NCBI RefSeq assembly: GCF_006345805.1
Contig: NC_043009.1
Coordinates: 15,252,001-15,316,000 of the forward strand
Source of the DNA: Octopus sinensis
Taxonomy: Eukaryota
Length of the DNA: 64,000 nucleotides
Direction of reading: 5' to 3'
Shown one piece after another: positions 1-13,367 of the stretch. A program made the position numbers and the translations under genes. Positions within the stretch are counted from its first letter, which is position 1. Each line of letters opens with the position of its first letter. The notes below the pieces were generated by a model. That model was not told the origin of the DNA. It searched no databases and worked only from the letters and a program-made list of their open reading frames with translations.

Positions 1-860
1 TATATCGCGTCGGTAGTGTACAACTACCAAGCCGTCGTAACTTCTAAGAAAACTGTGACCAGATTGGAGCGCTTGCTTTTCCGATTCTTATAGGAGGATC
101 AGGTTCTGATGGTCGGAAAACCCATCTGCTGTCAACATCTACATCGTGATGGTCTTGGGATGCCAACCTTAATGATGCAGTGCCACGCTTTGAGGCTGCG
201 ATTATGTGGACAACCCTGACGAAGACGAAAATAAGGGTGAATTGTTGTAGCGTCTTTCATGCGGACGTCTTTCTTCAGTTCATCTCATTGAGTGCACTCA
301 GGGAGTTAAACGTAGACCAAGTTTGGGCGTTTGGCATCTATAATGTTGTCAGACACTCATTGCATTGCGTCAGTTGACCAAAGCCGCTGGCGAGAAAACA
401 ACACAAGATTTCTGTAGGGAGATAGTGAAGAGTATGAGTGATGTTGGCCTAGTATTGAATTTAGGCATCGTAGTCTCTCCCAGATCTCTCGGGTCGAAGT
501 TCATGCACAATTTCCAAAAGTCTTTGGCTTGGCAGTGCTACAGAGGCGCATTGCCAGTTTGAGTCAATCTCTTTGGGCATGGAGCTGCCAACAGCCGAAC
601 TTGCCCGCGAGATGCTTTCAGGAGGACGAAACCGTCCTGCAAGCAATAATTCAGTGTCCGTGCATTAGAGAGTTGTGGTATTGTGTGAAACAGCTGTTGT
701 CGCGTGTAACACGAACTCAACTGTCTGCCGAGTGTAAAATGAAGGTCGAAGTCCCACCTTCTCTTAGCAGAGAAGGAAGGCATATCTTACTCTGCTTGGT
801 GGCCGTGGAAAAAGAGGTTGTGTGATGGACCCGTTTGAAAGGTTGGAAGAATAGCACATT
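1..860 (+). mobile_element. Decayed L1/Tx1-like LINE, 3' part of ORF2 (RT C-terminus plus zf-RVT-like region)
   Basis: Broken frames read LERLLFRFL*...ICCQHLHRDGLGMP and FQKSLAWQCYRGALPV...RTCPRCFQEDETVLQAIIQCP, a CxxC..ET..H/Q...C pattern typical of L1/Tx1 ORF2. Stops and frameshifts are present. Confidence 0.7.
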
Positions 861-1849
861 CCTATCTAGTCAAGCCCTTATGAATTTCTTCAAATAACAT
901 TTGAAGAGAAAAATGAGGGTAGAGAGGAATTTTTTAAATATTGGGATAACTGATGTTACTGTATTTATAATTAACTATTTAGTATTCTAGATTCATCGAA
1001 GAATGGAAACCATGAGTTGACTAGCGATGACATGTATATAGTAATATATGTTGTTTGTGGAGCTAGTCCACAATGTACAAACTTAAATATAGGTAACGAA
1101 ATACACCTCATTTTGGCTCAGTAAATTTAGGGGAATGCGGGTAAGAGAAGACGGTAAGCACCATGGTTCAAACAAGTAATTTGAAAATAAATGTTCAATA
1201 CCAGAGATTATTGATAAATTCAACTCCTACGTGAATAGCAAAGACGCTTTCCAGTCATAGTGAAAACACTATTGCTTTGTTGATTTCTTAGGAAATATTT
1301 TCATATGAAACCATGAATGCACGTGGCATGATTACTCAGAAGCATTAGACACGCTTTCACAAAACAAATTTTTACTCAGAATAGAAGTGAATATGAGGTA
1401 ATAAAGTAGGGGATTATCTATGAATTTTTACACCTCACCTGAGGTAAGCGAAGCGTGTGAAGTGATTTTGCATTTTCGCATAAGGCGTTTCTTAGAATAA
1501 AATTCTAAAATATCAATACACTTCTTCATTAATATTGAAAAATCGTTAGGTCTATATTTCTCTATATTTCTATTCAAAATATATTACACATCGAACCATA
1601 TAAAGCTTCTATAAAAATATGATTTTAGGCACACATAAATATGCTCGTGTTCAAACGCACAGACACACACATATATGTGTATGTATGTGTATATGCATAT
1701 GTGTGTGTGTATGTGAGTATGGGCATGTATATACAGACATATATATATATATATATATATACTTGTGTGTGTGTATTAGTGTGTTTGTGTGTGTTAATAT
1801 GCAAGTTATAAAATAGACAAAAATTAAAAGAGTAAATTAATATATATAT

Positions 1850-2141
1850 CTTTAGGAATAACGTCGTTCTCCAAATTATTTATGCGGTTTGTTTTCAAGA
1901 TTATTATGTGATTTAAATAAAGAATTAATATCTATTTCTCAAGATATTGTGTGTTTATTAAGCAGTGTTTCTAATTATTTTATTATAAATACATATATTG
2001 CCTGTATGTGTTTGCCTTTCAACTGCTGTGGTTTTACTGAGATCTCCCTTTTAGTAGAAAGGAATAGGTATAACTCTTTGACTGCTATTTCTAAATTCCG
2101 TGTGTGGTGAGGCAAATCGTTGCTAAACCCTTAATTACTTA

Positions 2142-2142
<1 letters not shown>
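1850..2142 (+). mobile_element. Non-autonomous repeat ending in (TA)n that shares its 3' terminal ~100 bp with the 9290-9392 element
   Basis: TTGACTGCTATTTCTAAATTCCGTGTGTGGTGAGGCAAATCGTTGCTAAACCC closely matches 9333-9385, and a (TA)n tract follows directly. Confidence 0.6.
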
Positions 2143-2212
<70 letters not shown>

Positions 2213-2361
2213 TGCATACACACACCAGCCGAAATTGCGAAGATGATCCGGTTCTTGACTGATGACTGAGAGCTTCGAAAGTCCCGTCCGTGTTTTTTGT
2301 GTCGTCTTCTAAATGTTTCACGTTCTTGTCCCAGTTTGTGTATTTTTTTACTTTTACATAT

Positions 2362-2425
<64 letters not shown>

Positions 2426-2457
2426 TACATACATACATACATACATACATACATACA

Positions 2458-2489
<32 letters not shown>

Positions 2490-2490
2490 C
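2143..2490. repeat. (TA)n and (ATAC)n microsatellites flanking a short interspersed repeat at ~2222-2357
   Basis: Seen directly. These tracts produce the YIYI/MYVC ORFs. Confidence 0.95.
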
Positions 2491-3514
2491 ACATGCATCC
2501 TCATTTATACATACGCATACAGATACATATATGCATATAAACGGTATGGAAGTGTCTTTTATCTTTACTATTCCTGGTTTCAGTCATTCTAAAGCTGCCA
2601 TGCTGAGGCACCACCTTACCGTGTTAATCGAAGGCAGTACCCGTTCTTATAAGCCAGGTGCTTAATCCAGTTTCTCCATTGCCGTACCATTAATTTATGT
2701 TTACCTAAATTAACCAACAAAAGATATACTTTATGTTGTACTTACTTTATCTTTTTCTTTCGTTTCTGACCTCCTGAGTGCGAGCAGATATCTCTCTTAT
2801 ACTCGCTGGTTTTTTACGTTCATTGTAATAACTGGCACTTTGGCAATCACTAGAGGAGAAAGTGTGACTAATTTTGTATAAAACTGAAGTAAGTTGTTTT
2901 ACTGTAGTTAATTTGTATATGAATTCTATCACCTGTAGCCAAATTTTCTGTGCAGCTTAATCATTCTTGTGTATTACTATATATGCTTTCAGAATTGCTA
3001 TCAAACTAAAACAATCCATTTACCTAATAATTGTATTGTTCATGTGATTTTCTAGCATTTTTTGTATAAATACTTGACCTAAAAATTGCATATTATTTTT
3101 AGAAAATCTCCGAAAGACAAATATGAATATCTCTTGTAACTAAGAATTGCATTATGAATATCCGTGACATATTTACGATGCAATTTTCTGCCTCGTTGAT
3201 TTTGTTTTTACATTTGGATCATTAGGTAGAGATCGTCTTCTTTATGTTTAACTATCGAATATTTGAAGAGATTTGTGTAAGTGGCTAAACATTCTTGTTT
3301 TCATTTTGAATTCTTTCAGCCAAGAAATATAGCTAAATATTACATAGTGCAGGTAAAAGAAGACATTTTTTCTCCTTTTTTTATTTGTTTGTGACAGATG
3401 GCAATTTTCCCAGTACAGTAGTAGAATATATCTTTCTGCTCTTGTACTTGATGGCACCTTGTCAAAGTTTACATTGAGCGACATATTTTTTGAATATCTA
3501 TCAAGATTACAAGT

Positions 3515-3535
3515 AATAATAACAATAATAGTAAT

Positions 3536-3573
<38 letters not shown>

Positions 3574-3685
3574 TAACAATAATAATAATAATAATAATAA
3601 TAACAATAATAATAATTATAATCATAGTAATAATAATAATAATAATAATCATAGTAATAATAATAATAATAATAGTAATAATAAT
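3515..3685. repeat. Imperfect (AAT)n microsatellite
   Basis: Seen directly. Confidence 0.95.
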
Positions 3686-4008
3686 ACACTGGAAGCTATG
3701 CCTACACTGGAATAACAACAGAAAAAGTTGGTATAGGCACACAAAAGAAAAGGTCACAGGAAATGAGAAAACAAACATACACTAAGATATGCCAATACAC
3801 ACATATGTAGAAATTAAGGCCAATACGCCAGATATAGTTGTCAGAGATCATGAAGAGAAAAAATGCTTTCTAATTGATGAATCAATACCAGCAGATGACA
3901 AGGTTTCTCTAAAAGAAATGGCGAAACTTTCAAAATACGAAGGCCTGGAAATAGAGGTAACTTGAATGTGGAATCTAAAAACAGAAACAATTCCTATCAT
4001 AGTAGGCT
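3686..4008 (+). mobile_element. Fragment of an RLE-type (R4/Dong-like) non-LTR retrotransposon
   Basis: Translates HWKLCLHW...KSWYRH...DMPIHTYVEIKANTPDIVVRDHEEKKCFLID..IP...LSKYEGLEIEVT*MWNLKTETIPIIVG, a PD..D restriction-like endonuclease motif. It begins directly after (AAT)n. Confidence 0.75.
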
Positions 4009-4384
4009 GACGATATATGCATCTTTGATCAGGAGCAGAAGTAGTGGGGGTGCATCATAGTCATGTGTTGAAAGGGATTTTGGGGGGTTTCGATAATTCC
4101 CCTCTGGAAACATGTGTATTTCGTCCATCATCCTTAGACAAATCTTATTCAGGGAGCTTTTGAGCGGAATGGGCAACTAGACATGAAGACAATTCTAACT
4201 GGGCCCCACCTGCAAGGTCATGCGCTGTTTATCTTCATATAAGATCGCCATGCTGCTCACATATGGTTGTGATGCATGTGCCTAGTGTACCTTTATCAGA
4301 CGTGTAGTTAATTGTAACTCAGTGCCATTGTGACAGCAGGCACTGCTCTCGCACTTAATAATAATACTTTTTTATTATACGTGC

Positions 4385-4750
4385 AAGGATTGAAATTTGC
4401 GGGAGGAAGATAGTCGATTACATCGACCTCAGTGTTTCACTGGTACTTAATTTATCGACCACGAAAGGATGAAAGGCAAATTCGGTGTAATTTGAACTCA
4501 GAATGTAGCGACAGACGGAATAACTATTTCTTTACTGCTCACAAGGGGCTAAACACAGAGAGGACAAACAATGATAGACAAACGGATTAAGTCGATTATA
4601 TCGACCCCAGTGCGTAACTGGTACTTATTTAATCGACCACGAAAGGAAGAAAGTCAATGTCAAACTCGGCGGAATTTGAACTCAGAACGTAGCGGCAGAC
4701 GGAATACTACAAAGCATTTCGTCCAGCATGCAGGCGTTTCTGCCAGTTCA
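4385..4750 (-). mobile_element. Two tandem or nested copies of a tRNA-derived SINE (family B)
   Basis: GTCGATTA(C/T)ATCGACC...ATTTGAACTCAGAA occurs twice. The minus strand carries a B-box-like GAGTTCAAATTCC. Confidence 0.65.
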
Positions 4751-4751
4751 C

Positions 4752-4821
<70 letters not shown>

Positions 4822-4857
4822 CAACAAGAAGAAGAAGAAGAAGAAGAAGAAGAAGAA

Positions 4858-4904
<47 letters not shown>

Positions 4905-4962
4905 AGAAGAAGAAGAAGAAGAAGAAGAAGAAGAAGGAGAAGAAGAAGGAGAAGAAGAAGAG
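4752..4962. repeat. Compound microsatellite (AAT)n-(AAC)3-(AAG)n
   Basis: Seen directly. It produces the poly-N/K/R/S ORFs. Confidence 0.95.
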
Positions 4963-5124
4963 ATGATAGTATGATGTTTCATAAGACAGCTCGGCACCAA
5001 AAGTAAATGAAATGTCTTAAGATTACGATTATCAAGTAGACGTGATGGAATAATTCGTGGATGCATATATACCGAAAAATGCGGAGAGATAAAATTAGTG
5101 TTATTATTTATTTTAAATTTCGAT

Positions 5125-5145
5125 TATCATCATTATTATTATTAT

Positions 5146-5183
<38 letters not shown>

Positions 5184-5193
5184 TTATTATTAT

Positions 5194-5227
<34 letters not shown>

Positions 5228-5228
5228 T
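5125..5228. repeat. (ATT)n/(AGT)n compound microsatellite
   Basis: Seen directly. Confidence 0.95.
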
Positions 5229-6254
5229 TGAAATGGTGAAATTGGAAAATATCACAAGGGTCTCTTGCATGAAAAAACTTAGAGATAAGTAATGTCTAAA
5301 ACACTTATAACGGTGAGAAATATATAAGTGCTAATCAAGTGAAATTATTTTGAAGATAATTTTTATCCTGCAGAAAATATAACAGCAATTGCCTTTGATG
5401 CAGTGAACGGTTTAAGTGTAATCTCTTATGCTAGAATTCTAAATCGGCTACTCTCTTAAATGTCTTTACCAAAATATAAAACCTCTTTATCTTTCAGTGG
5501 CTGATTTACGTTGAAGCACATCAATGTCTGCAGTTGTCCCTACTCCTAGTAAAAATCATTAAACACTACTCTAATTAAACACTAGTCTAATTTTCTTAAA
5601 CTTACGCTTCGACTAAAGTTGAGTAATTTTTCCCGTATCCATTGTGAGAATGCTATTTAACAAGGGTTGTTTCATAATTAAATTGCTCCCAGCTCACCAA
5701 AGTTATATATGTGTGTATATGTGTGTGTACATGTGTGTATGAGTGAGTGTGTGTGTGTGTGCATGTGTGAGTGTGTGTGAATGTGTGTGTGCATGCATGT
5801 GTGTGTGTGTGTACATTTGTGACGCATAGCTCTTAACAAGTAAATGAAACTGAAGTGAATATTTTCTTTTTTGCGCAGTATAATGTAAAGTTACAATTTT
5901 CTGTTAATGAAGTTTCATATTAAAGTACATCTATTTGGTAAGTGATTTTTTTTTTTTGTAATTATTCAAAATAATGCTAAATAACGCTAAATGACACGGC
6001 TTTTTTACTGAATGACATGAAGTTGAATTCGCCCGCGCTCGACCAATGAGAATGAAGATTTTGGTAACGAACATTTCATACAGAATAAAGTTGGAGAATT
6101 GATAACGCGCAAATAAATACAACCTGGATGCTTTGTTTGACTTATGACTGAACAGAATTTGAAAATATTCACCATTATGTAATCTAATATTACATTCACT
6201 AGGCTGGTCTTCTGCCACAATTTGAAACCAATGATGTATTAACTAGAGTTCAGT

Positions 6255-6455
6255 GATGTGGCAGAATAGTTAGCACGCCACGTAAAATGCTTAGCGAGAT
6301 TTCGTTGATTTTTATGTTTACGTTCCGTGTTCAAATTCCGCTGTTTTTCAGCTTTCTGGTTTTGATAAAACAAGTAACAGAGAAGCACTAGATTCGATGT
6401 CATAGACCTCTCCCTACGCCCGAAGTTATTGGCCTTGTACCAAGATTTGAAACCA
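6255..6455 (+). mobile_element. tRNA-derived SINE, family B, diverged
   Basis: A-box-like TGGCAGAATAGTTAGC, B-box-like GTTCAAATTCC and a 3' end GGCCTTGTACCAAGATTTGAAACC similar to 16525-16730. Confidence 0.6.
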
Positions 6456-8264
6456 GTACTGCGTGCAGTATCTACTATTCACTCTCACGTGTTTTACATC
6501 CTATTCAGTAGAACTATTCCACCAAATTTTCGACCATTTCATGCAAGAGACCCCTGTGATATTTTCCAATTTCCTATTCCTCACCTTGAAGACTTGTAAA
6601 AGTTTGCTGTAAATTTCTATTTCAAATGCGATCTTCATATTTTACGTCTTGGTTGTGTATTTCTTAAACCATCATACGTGAGGTTGTATAGAAGAACCTC
6701 GGATAGGTTTTTATCCATTATCAGGAACACGTAACCGACATTTTTATGACATTATAGAGAAAGATGCTTCAGTTATTGAGAAGATATTATTTAAAATTTA
6801 TCATACTGTATTGCTCCTCCCACACGGCGCCAAAGATTATACAGGAAACGACTGAGGCTGTCATGTGAAGATATATATTTTAGAAGATTGCTACTAGAAA
6901 TCGTGATCACAGAAATGTAGAGAAATGTGGAATGGAAATAGTTCGAGATAATTTTTGTCTTCAGAGATCGACCGCTCTAATTCCGGAAACAATGCTTCGA
7001 CTAACCAGACGGATTAGCTGCTTCGAATAATTAATTAATAATTTCCTTATCCAGAGAATGTTATGCATTAATTCTGCACCCCAATCTAACGTATTTTAGA
7101 TCATGGTACTGCACTGCGCTGTGATGTGTTGTAAAAGTCAAAACAGGATTTTTGTCATACTACCGTCTTTTGCTTGCCTCAATGATTCCTTATATATTTA
7201 AGATTCCTTATATATTTAAGATGAAAGTGAGATTCAATGTAAACATGGCACAATTAATCAAGTAGCATCAATGAAAGCTGCTGCAAAGGCTACATCGCAG
7301 AAAAAAATACCACCGACCTAATTTTGATCATTCATTGAAAACACACCGATATACTTTTAGAAAGGTGTGTGAACCTCTATCTCACTCTCTTTCCCATATA
7401 TGTCTGTGTGTGTGTGTGTGTGTGTATACTTATATATAATATACACATGAAAGTAATTACGATTTACACTAAACCAAACACACACATACACACTCTCTCA
7501 CACACGAGCCTGTTTGGGTTTGCACTGAATGTATTTGAGTCTGTATATAAGCTGTGTCAAAATAGTAGTACAAAGTATAAATACCAACAACGGTTTTAAA
7601 GCAAAAAATTGCATTCTTTTTAGCTGCTAATAAAACTTATGGGAGAATATGTAAAAAAAAAAAAAGGGTGGATATAGGACGTTCTGTAATATTTCGTTAT
7701 TTACATTTCATATTCGTTTACAATGACATTTTATGTTTGAAGCTTCTAGCATTTATTTATTTGCTAGGATTTTTTTTAGTACCCTCATATTCTTCGTTGT
7801 TTTACTCATCTTTGTTTTTACTGCTCTGTTCATTGATGTTGATATAAGCGGCTTAGGAGATTTCCGTTGTTTGACGTTTTCCTTTTTTTCAAAATAGTAA
7901 CTCATTATTACTGAATAACTGCAGTGAGTCAGTCACACAGTGAGTGAGAGAGAGAGAGAGAAAGAGAAAGAGAGACAGAGACATTGAGAGAGAGCATAAA
8001 GAACGGAAGACGAGGGATTAAGGTACGAGTTTAAATTGAGCAACGCAGTGCCTATGTGCACTTTCATTAATTTGACCCACATTCTAAAATCTGTTATTGT
8101 TTTAATTTGCATTTTATCCTCTTGCTTAACGATTAAGCAAAAGATTGAAAGATATATTTTTAGAAAGACAAGTACGTAAAGACGCGGATTTGCGAATACG
8201 TGTGTATTTGTGTTAACATTCCTATCTTGCTTTATGGCAGGTTTTCTTCAAAATATATTCTATT

Positions 8265-8435
8265 CTTCTTTTATTCGTTTCAGTTATTTGACTGCGGCCA
8301 TGCTGGGGCACCACCTATAGTCGAGCAAATTAACCCCAGGACTTATTCTTTGTAAGCCTAGTATTCATTCTGTCGGTTTCTCTTGCCGAACCGCTAAGTG
8401 ACGTAGACGTAAACACACTAGCATCTGTTGTCAAG
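8265..8435 (-). mobile_element. 3' fragment of SINE family A
   Basis: Matches the 3' half of 41571-41965 and 56330-56700 (GACTGCGGCCATGCTGG...GCCGAACCGCTAAG). Confidence 0.75.
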
Positions 8436-8623
8436 ATATGTTATGTCGTGAATCTTCTAAGCTGAAAAAACTTTTTTCTGAATGTATATTTCGCAAAATT
8501 TCAAATTGTAAACTCAATTTACCAATGATGGAAATTTTTTCTTACCTTTTCCGCGAATTTACGAACTCGATAATAATTCTGTGACTGATGGGAATAAAAT
8601 GACTTGCTAATTTTATATCTCCG

Positions 8624-8676
<53 letters not shown>

Positions 8677-8719
8677 ATATATATATTATATATATATTAT
8701 ATATATATATATATATAAT

Positions 8720-9384
8720 AACAAAGGGTGAAATTAATTAATTAAGAAGTAATCAGTAATTTCACCAAGTAGAATTCGGCATGAAAAGGATCATTTCAAG
8801 GTAAGTTTAAGTAATACTATATAATTAGAGTTCAGCAATGATTTGCTTCACCACACACCGAAGTTTAGAAATAGCAGTCAAAAAAATCTTGGCTATTCCT
8901 TCAACTTTAAAGGGAGTTCCCAGAAAAACCAAAGTATTTGAAAACACGCAGGCAAAAGGGAAAAAAATTACGAAAATCATTCTATATTAGGTTACCTACA
9001 TATTGAATTTGGCGCAATAGCACGGATTATGATCACTCTGATACCGTTAGGTGAAGTGATGTTTATCCAGTGCCTTCAAATTTAATATACAATTATTAAT
9101 AATTGAGATACAATTATTTATAATTGAGGAGTCCTACGCTGAAGAGACGGAAATAGTCCGGTAAGGTATAATTATTTATGCTTTATACTGACTTAATTTC
9201 GAAACGCGCGTCCGTATGTAACCTAATATAGAATGATTTCCGTCATTTTTTTCCCTTTTGCCTACGTGTTTTCAAGTGCTTTGGTTTTTCTGGGAACTCC
9301 CTTTAAAGTAGAAGGAATAGCTAAGATTTTTTGACTGCTATTTCTAAACTTCGGTGTGTGGTGAAGCAAATCGTTGCTGAACCC

Positions 9385-9392
<8 letters not shown>
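8720..9392. mobile_element. Fold-back non-autonomous PLE-type element bounded by (TA)n on both sides
   Basis: 8818-9000 is an imperfect reverse complement of 9213-9392. (TA)n lies at 8625-8719 and 9390-9462, and a hammerhead motif lies in the spacer. Confidence 0.75.
9135..9216 (+). ncRNA. Type I hammerhead ribozyme motif with extended stem II
   Basis: TACG-CTGAAGA-G...C-GAAA-CGCGCG-TC-CGTA gives a 4-bp stem I, an intact core, a palindromic stem III and a GUC site after 9212. Confidence 0.8.
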
Positions 9393-9466
<74 letters not shown>

Positions 9467-9936
9467 GGTGCCCCAGCATGAGCTGAAACTAGAATCAATC
9501 AATCAATCAATCATATATATATAGTACCATAAATCCACGCGTTTTCTCTTCAAAAGCTTTTCAACAGCAGTCACAACAACCACCACAGCAATAAAAACTA
9601 CCACAACAAAAACAACGACAATGCCTACAGCAACAAGAATCACCACACCAATTACAGCTTCAACAACCACTTTACTGGCCGTACGCGCGCGCACACACCC
9701 CGTGGCTACATGCCTGCTGACCACGTGGATACAATATGTTTAAAAAGAAGCCCCTCTTTCTCTCTATTTTCTCTCTCCCCTTTTTCTTTTCTCTTTGTTT
9801 TTGTTCTCCAGCCCGTCTTTCTTTCCCCTTCTTTCTTTACTCATTTATCTTTTTATAGAAAAGAAAACGAACCTGAAAGCCTCCTCTTTTAGATTTGTAT
9901 AGAAGGCAAAGAAATCTTGTGTAAATAGCATAATTC

Positions 9937-10283
9937 TGGCAAGTAATGTTTGTCGCCACTCAACATGCCTATTCCCTACGAACGGACGTTATTACGGTGT
10001 TTTCAACTTCAAGAGGACATTTCTTCTAGCTGGTGAACCCCTACCACCTTCTAGTGACAAGACAACAAAACAGTAGTTCGCAGGCTGATGCGAACTACCC
10101 CCATCTCTAGCAGACAAGTTTCGCTTGAAGATGGTTTGTTGGTTCCGTCGCTTGAAGGTAGTAGGAGTTCGCTTCCCTGCTTGCAATATATCGGATGCGT
10201 GTTGCATCGTTAACCAGCAAGAGGAATTGCAGTAACGTCCGTTGAAGTAACCATGTTGAAGTGGCGACAATCATTACTTGCCA
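9937..10283. mobile_element. MITE or internally deleted DNA transposon with ~31-bp terminal inverted repeats
   Basis: TGGCAAGTAATGTTTGTCGCCACTCAACATG at 9937 pairs with CATGTTGAAGTGGCGACAATCATTACTTGCCA ending at 10283. AACGGACGTTA is also mirrored internally. No clear target-site duplication. Confidence 0.7.
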
Positions 10284-11178
10284 ATACAGTTGCTTCTTTC
10301 ATCTCTTACAGAGATTTACAACTATCCACTTTGCTTGTTGCAAAAATAATTCTAGATATTGGTCAATTTTTAATGTACCGCTATTAAAATGTAACTCATG
10401 AAACAAATAGCTAGACATACACACATCATATATATCTACATAAAAACCACTGCTTTTCTCCGGTGTAAATGTAGGATCTCTGATTGTCTATCCATGTTGG
10501 GATTACATAGGATCAATTTCTAATATATTTCGTCTCGCCATGGCACCTTGCCATCTGTTTTGTGAGTAACATTCAGAATTCGACCATCGTTTAACACAGA
10601 CGCGGGAAATTTGACTGGCAACTGTTGGTGTAGCCACCTACAGTTGCTTTCATAGAAACATGATTCTTATTCCGGTGATATTTACTTCGTTATCGTTATG
10701 CCTCGAACTGTTTCATATGTGTTTTGTGGATCATTGTCCTATCTAATGATTTGGGATTTGATGCCTTAAAGGTTCCGTGGAACCTTGTGGTATGAGACCA
10801 ATTGGTATACGTGGTGTTGAATTGGTATTTTCCACCTTTTTTTATTTCTTCCTTCTTTGGATTATTTTTTCTGGAATCTTTTCTGTTTGGTTACAATTTC
10901 TGAAATTTTGAAACTAAGAGAAATTTTCAAATTTATGGATTGATGTGTTTTACACGGTGAATCTCAGGGCCTAATTTATTTGTTCCCGAAAATTTTTTAA
11001 ATGTTACAGAGGTTTAAAATTTAAAATATTTTATCTAATCAGAAAACAGGATATGGAGGTTGTCGTTTTGTGCATGACTACAATCATAAGACGACAAGAC
11101 AATAATGTCCACATTGAAATAATGGAACATGTTTTAAGCATTTTATAAGCGAGAATAAGCCAAACATCTGCAAGATGG

Positions 11179-11350
11179 TATAGTGAAAATGCAGCATAAA
11201 ATATCCAAAATCAGCAAGTGGTGTGTGTTGACAAGGCAACGTAAAATATTCAAAAGCAGATGCGTACAAGTAGGAAAACACACGGTAAAATATCAGTTAG
11301 TAAACGCACATGGTTTTTCAAGAGTTCCAGGAAGAGTTTCAGGAAATTTT
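11179..11350 (+). repeat. Unique-sequence block duplicated in split form inside the PLE complex
   Basis: 11179-11342 is identical to 14959-15122 (164 bp, offset 3780). TTCAGGAAATTTT at 11338-11350 recurs at 17016-17028. Confidence 0.9.
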
Positions 11351-12566
11351 CGTGAAGTAATTAAGAAAGCAAGTAAAGGCAATTTTCTCCTCAATCTGCA
11401 AAGCAGCTGTGAATGCGTTCAATGAGGTCACCCCGTGTTGGTTAATATGTGTCATATATAAATAATTAGATGTTTTGTAATTTTCAAAAATTGCTGAGAG
11501 AGGCATAATATAGTCTGAAGCTCTCCTAGGCAGATATGTGGAAGAAGTGGACATTTTAAAAATATCTTAGAAATGGAATAACGGAAATAAACAATGGTCT
11601 TTAATTTTGGCCGAATAGCGACAATTTCTCGGGAAGAGAAAATTAATTTCATCGACGCTTGTAATTCAACTGTTAGTTATTTAATCGACCCCAAAACGAT
11701 GAAAGGAAATGTCGACATCGGTACAATTTGAACTCAATGGAAATAAATATTTTGATAACTTATGAACTGTCGAGTCCTCTATAATACAATTCAGCGCAGT
11801 ATATTTCGCAGATTCATTCAATATTAATATTAGTTTCTCCTCCATATTTTACCCTAATCAGTATATGAGTACAAATCACAACGCGGTTGAATTTGCTTTC
11901 CATTTTTTCTTGGGGGTGGGGGGCAGCTAGATTGGAAACAAACAACAATTCGAATATGACATATTGCCGAAATTGTCAGATTATCGGTCGATATAATCTG
12001 ACAATATTTGCTGTATTTCTTCCCGCTTGCTACCTTCTGCGTTTTATTTATTATTTTGTTTAACATTGTTTTACTGGGGAAAGTAAGCTTAAAAAACGCA
12101 GTCCTATCGCAAGAATTTGGGTAAAAACCACCCACTTAAGAGTAACTTGCAGAGGACAAAAACAAACGCTGATGACATGATAGGTGCGCTTTCCTTTCTG
12201 GCAATGGGGCAAATGACAAAACACTTTACTCGAAACTAAACTCCACAGAATTTTAGAGATAGTAGTTAAATTTAGAAGAGAACAATAAATATCAAATCAC
12301 TAAAATTTTGTAACTAGAATATTTTAACATACAGATTTGATATTTAGATTTCATAAAGTAACGTTATCTGATTCAGCTAGAGACAGACAGTAGCATAATA
12401 TTTCAACTCAGAAGAGTTACCGCTGTCACCTGGGATTTATATTACTTTATTTCCTCTGCTAAGCTCCATCATTATCTTCCTCGAAGCGTATACACTTACA
12501 CTCTCGCGCGCACGCACGGATATTATATACCTACATACATACATACATATATACATACATACATGT

Positions 12567-12623
<57 letters not shown>

Positions 12624-13367
12624 ATATATATATAAATACATGTGTGTCGTTCGTATTTATATGTATATATCTTGAACGAGAATGATATAGGTATGTATGC
12701 GTGTTAGTGTGTTTGTTTATGTATGTATGTGTGTGTGTGTGTGTGTGTGAACAAACAATGTGTCGTATTAAGAGGAATACATTCAGACGAAAATCACCAA
12801 AAATATTATTTTGAGATACTTATTGAATGTCTTGTTCCCCAGTGTAAAAGTTGTTTGTTTTGGATATGAAATGAAATATTAATATTTACTGATCTCCACG
12901 AGAATTTGAAACCTACACATCGACAATTTATACATTCTCTGATTTACAGACAAAACTTTTTCATATCTGTAAGGCCAGCAATTTCGATCAGGGTGTAAGT
13001 CGATGGCATCGACCCAATACTTAACTGGTTCTTTCTTTATCGATACCAAAAGGGTGGGAAAAAAAGGTGACCTCATTCGTTAAGACGAACAAAATACCGG
13101 TCAGCATTTTAATTCGCATGCTAATGATTCGTTCAGCTCATTGCCTTATATCTCACGCAATATTGCAAAGTGTTTAAATAAACATTTAATTTTGTACCCT
13201 TTTCCAGCGACTGACTGTGGATGGACTATATACAAATTTTTATGCATTTATTAATGTAACAGAGTATTCAGTCCATACTGTATTTAGTTAATATAGTTTT
13301 GACGTAGGTCTTTGGCATTTACAAAATATTTCCTGTTCTTTTTACGTGGAAAAGTGTGCTCATTTAG

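Noticed and set aside
200-240. CTGACGA-AGAC-GAAA inside the Tx1 remnant
   Set aside because: There is no stem II, and it lies within decayed coding sequence.
1293-1398. Plus-strand exon candidate (TTCTTAG|G...GAG|GTAATA)
   Set aside because: There are in-frame stops in all three frames.
2255-2292. CTGATGA...GAAA at hammerhead-like spacing in a TA-tailed repeat
   Set aside because: Stems I, II and III cannot be formed in this copy. At best it is an unrecoverable remnant.
2746-2932. Minus-strand exon candidate with a GTAAGT donor
   Set aside because: All frames hit a stop before the donor from the plausible acceptors.
3320-3352. 33-bp micro-exon candidate PRNIAKYYIVQ
   Set aside because: It is too short to distinguish from chance splice-like signals, and no partner exons were found.
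9992-10270. 92-aa minus-strand ORF
   Set aside because: It lies wholly inside the MITE and has no recognisable domain.
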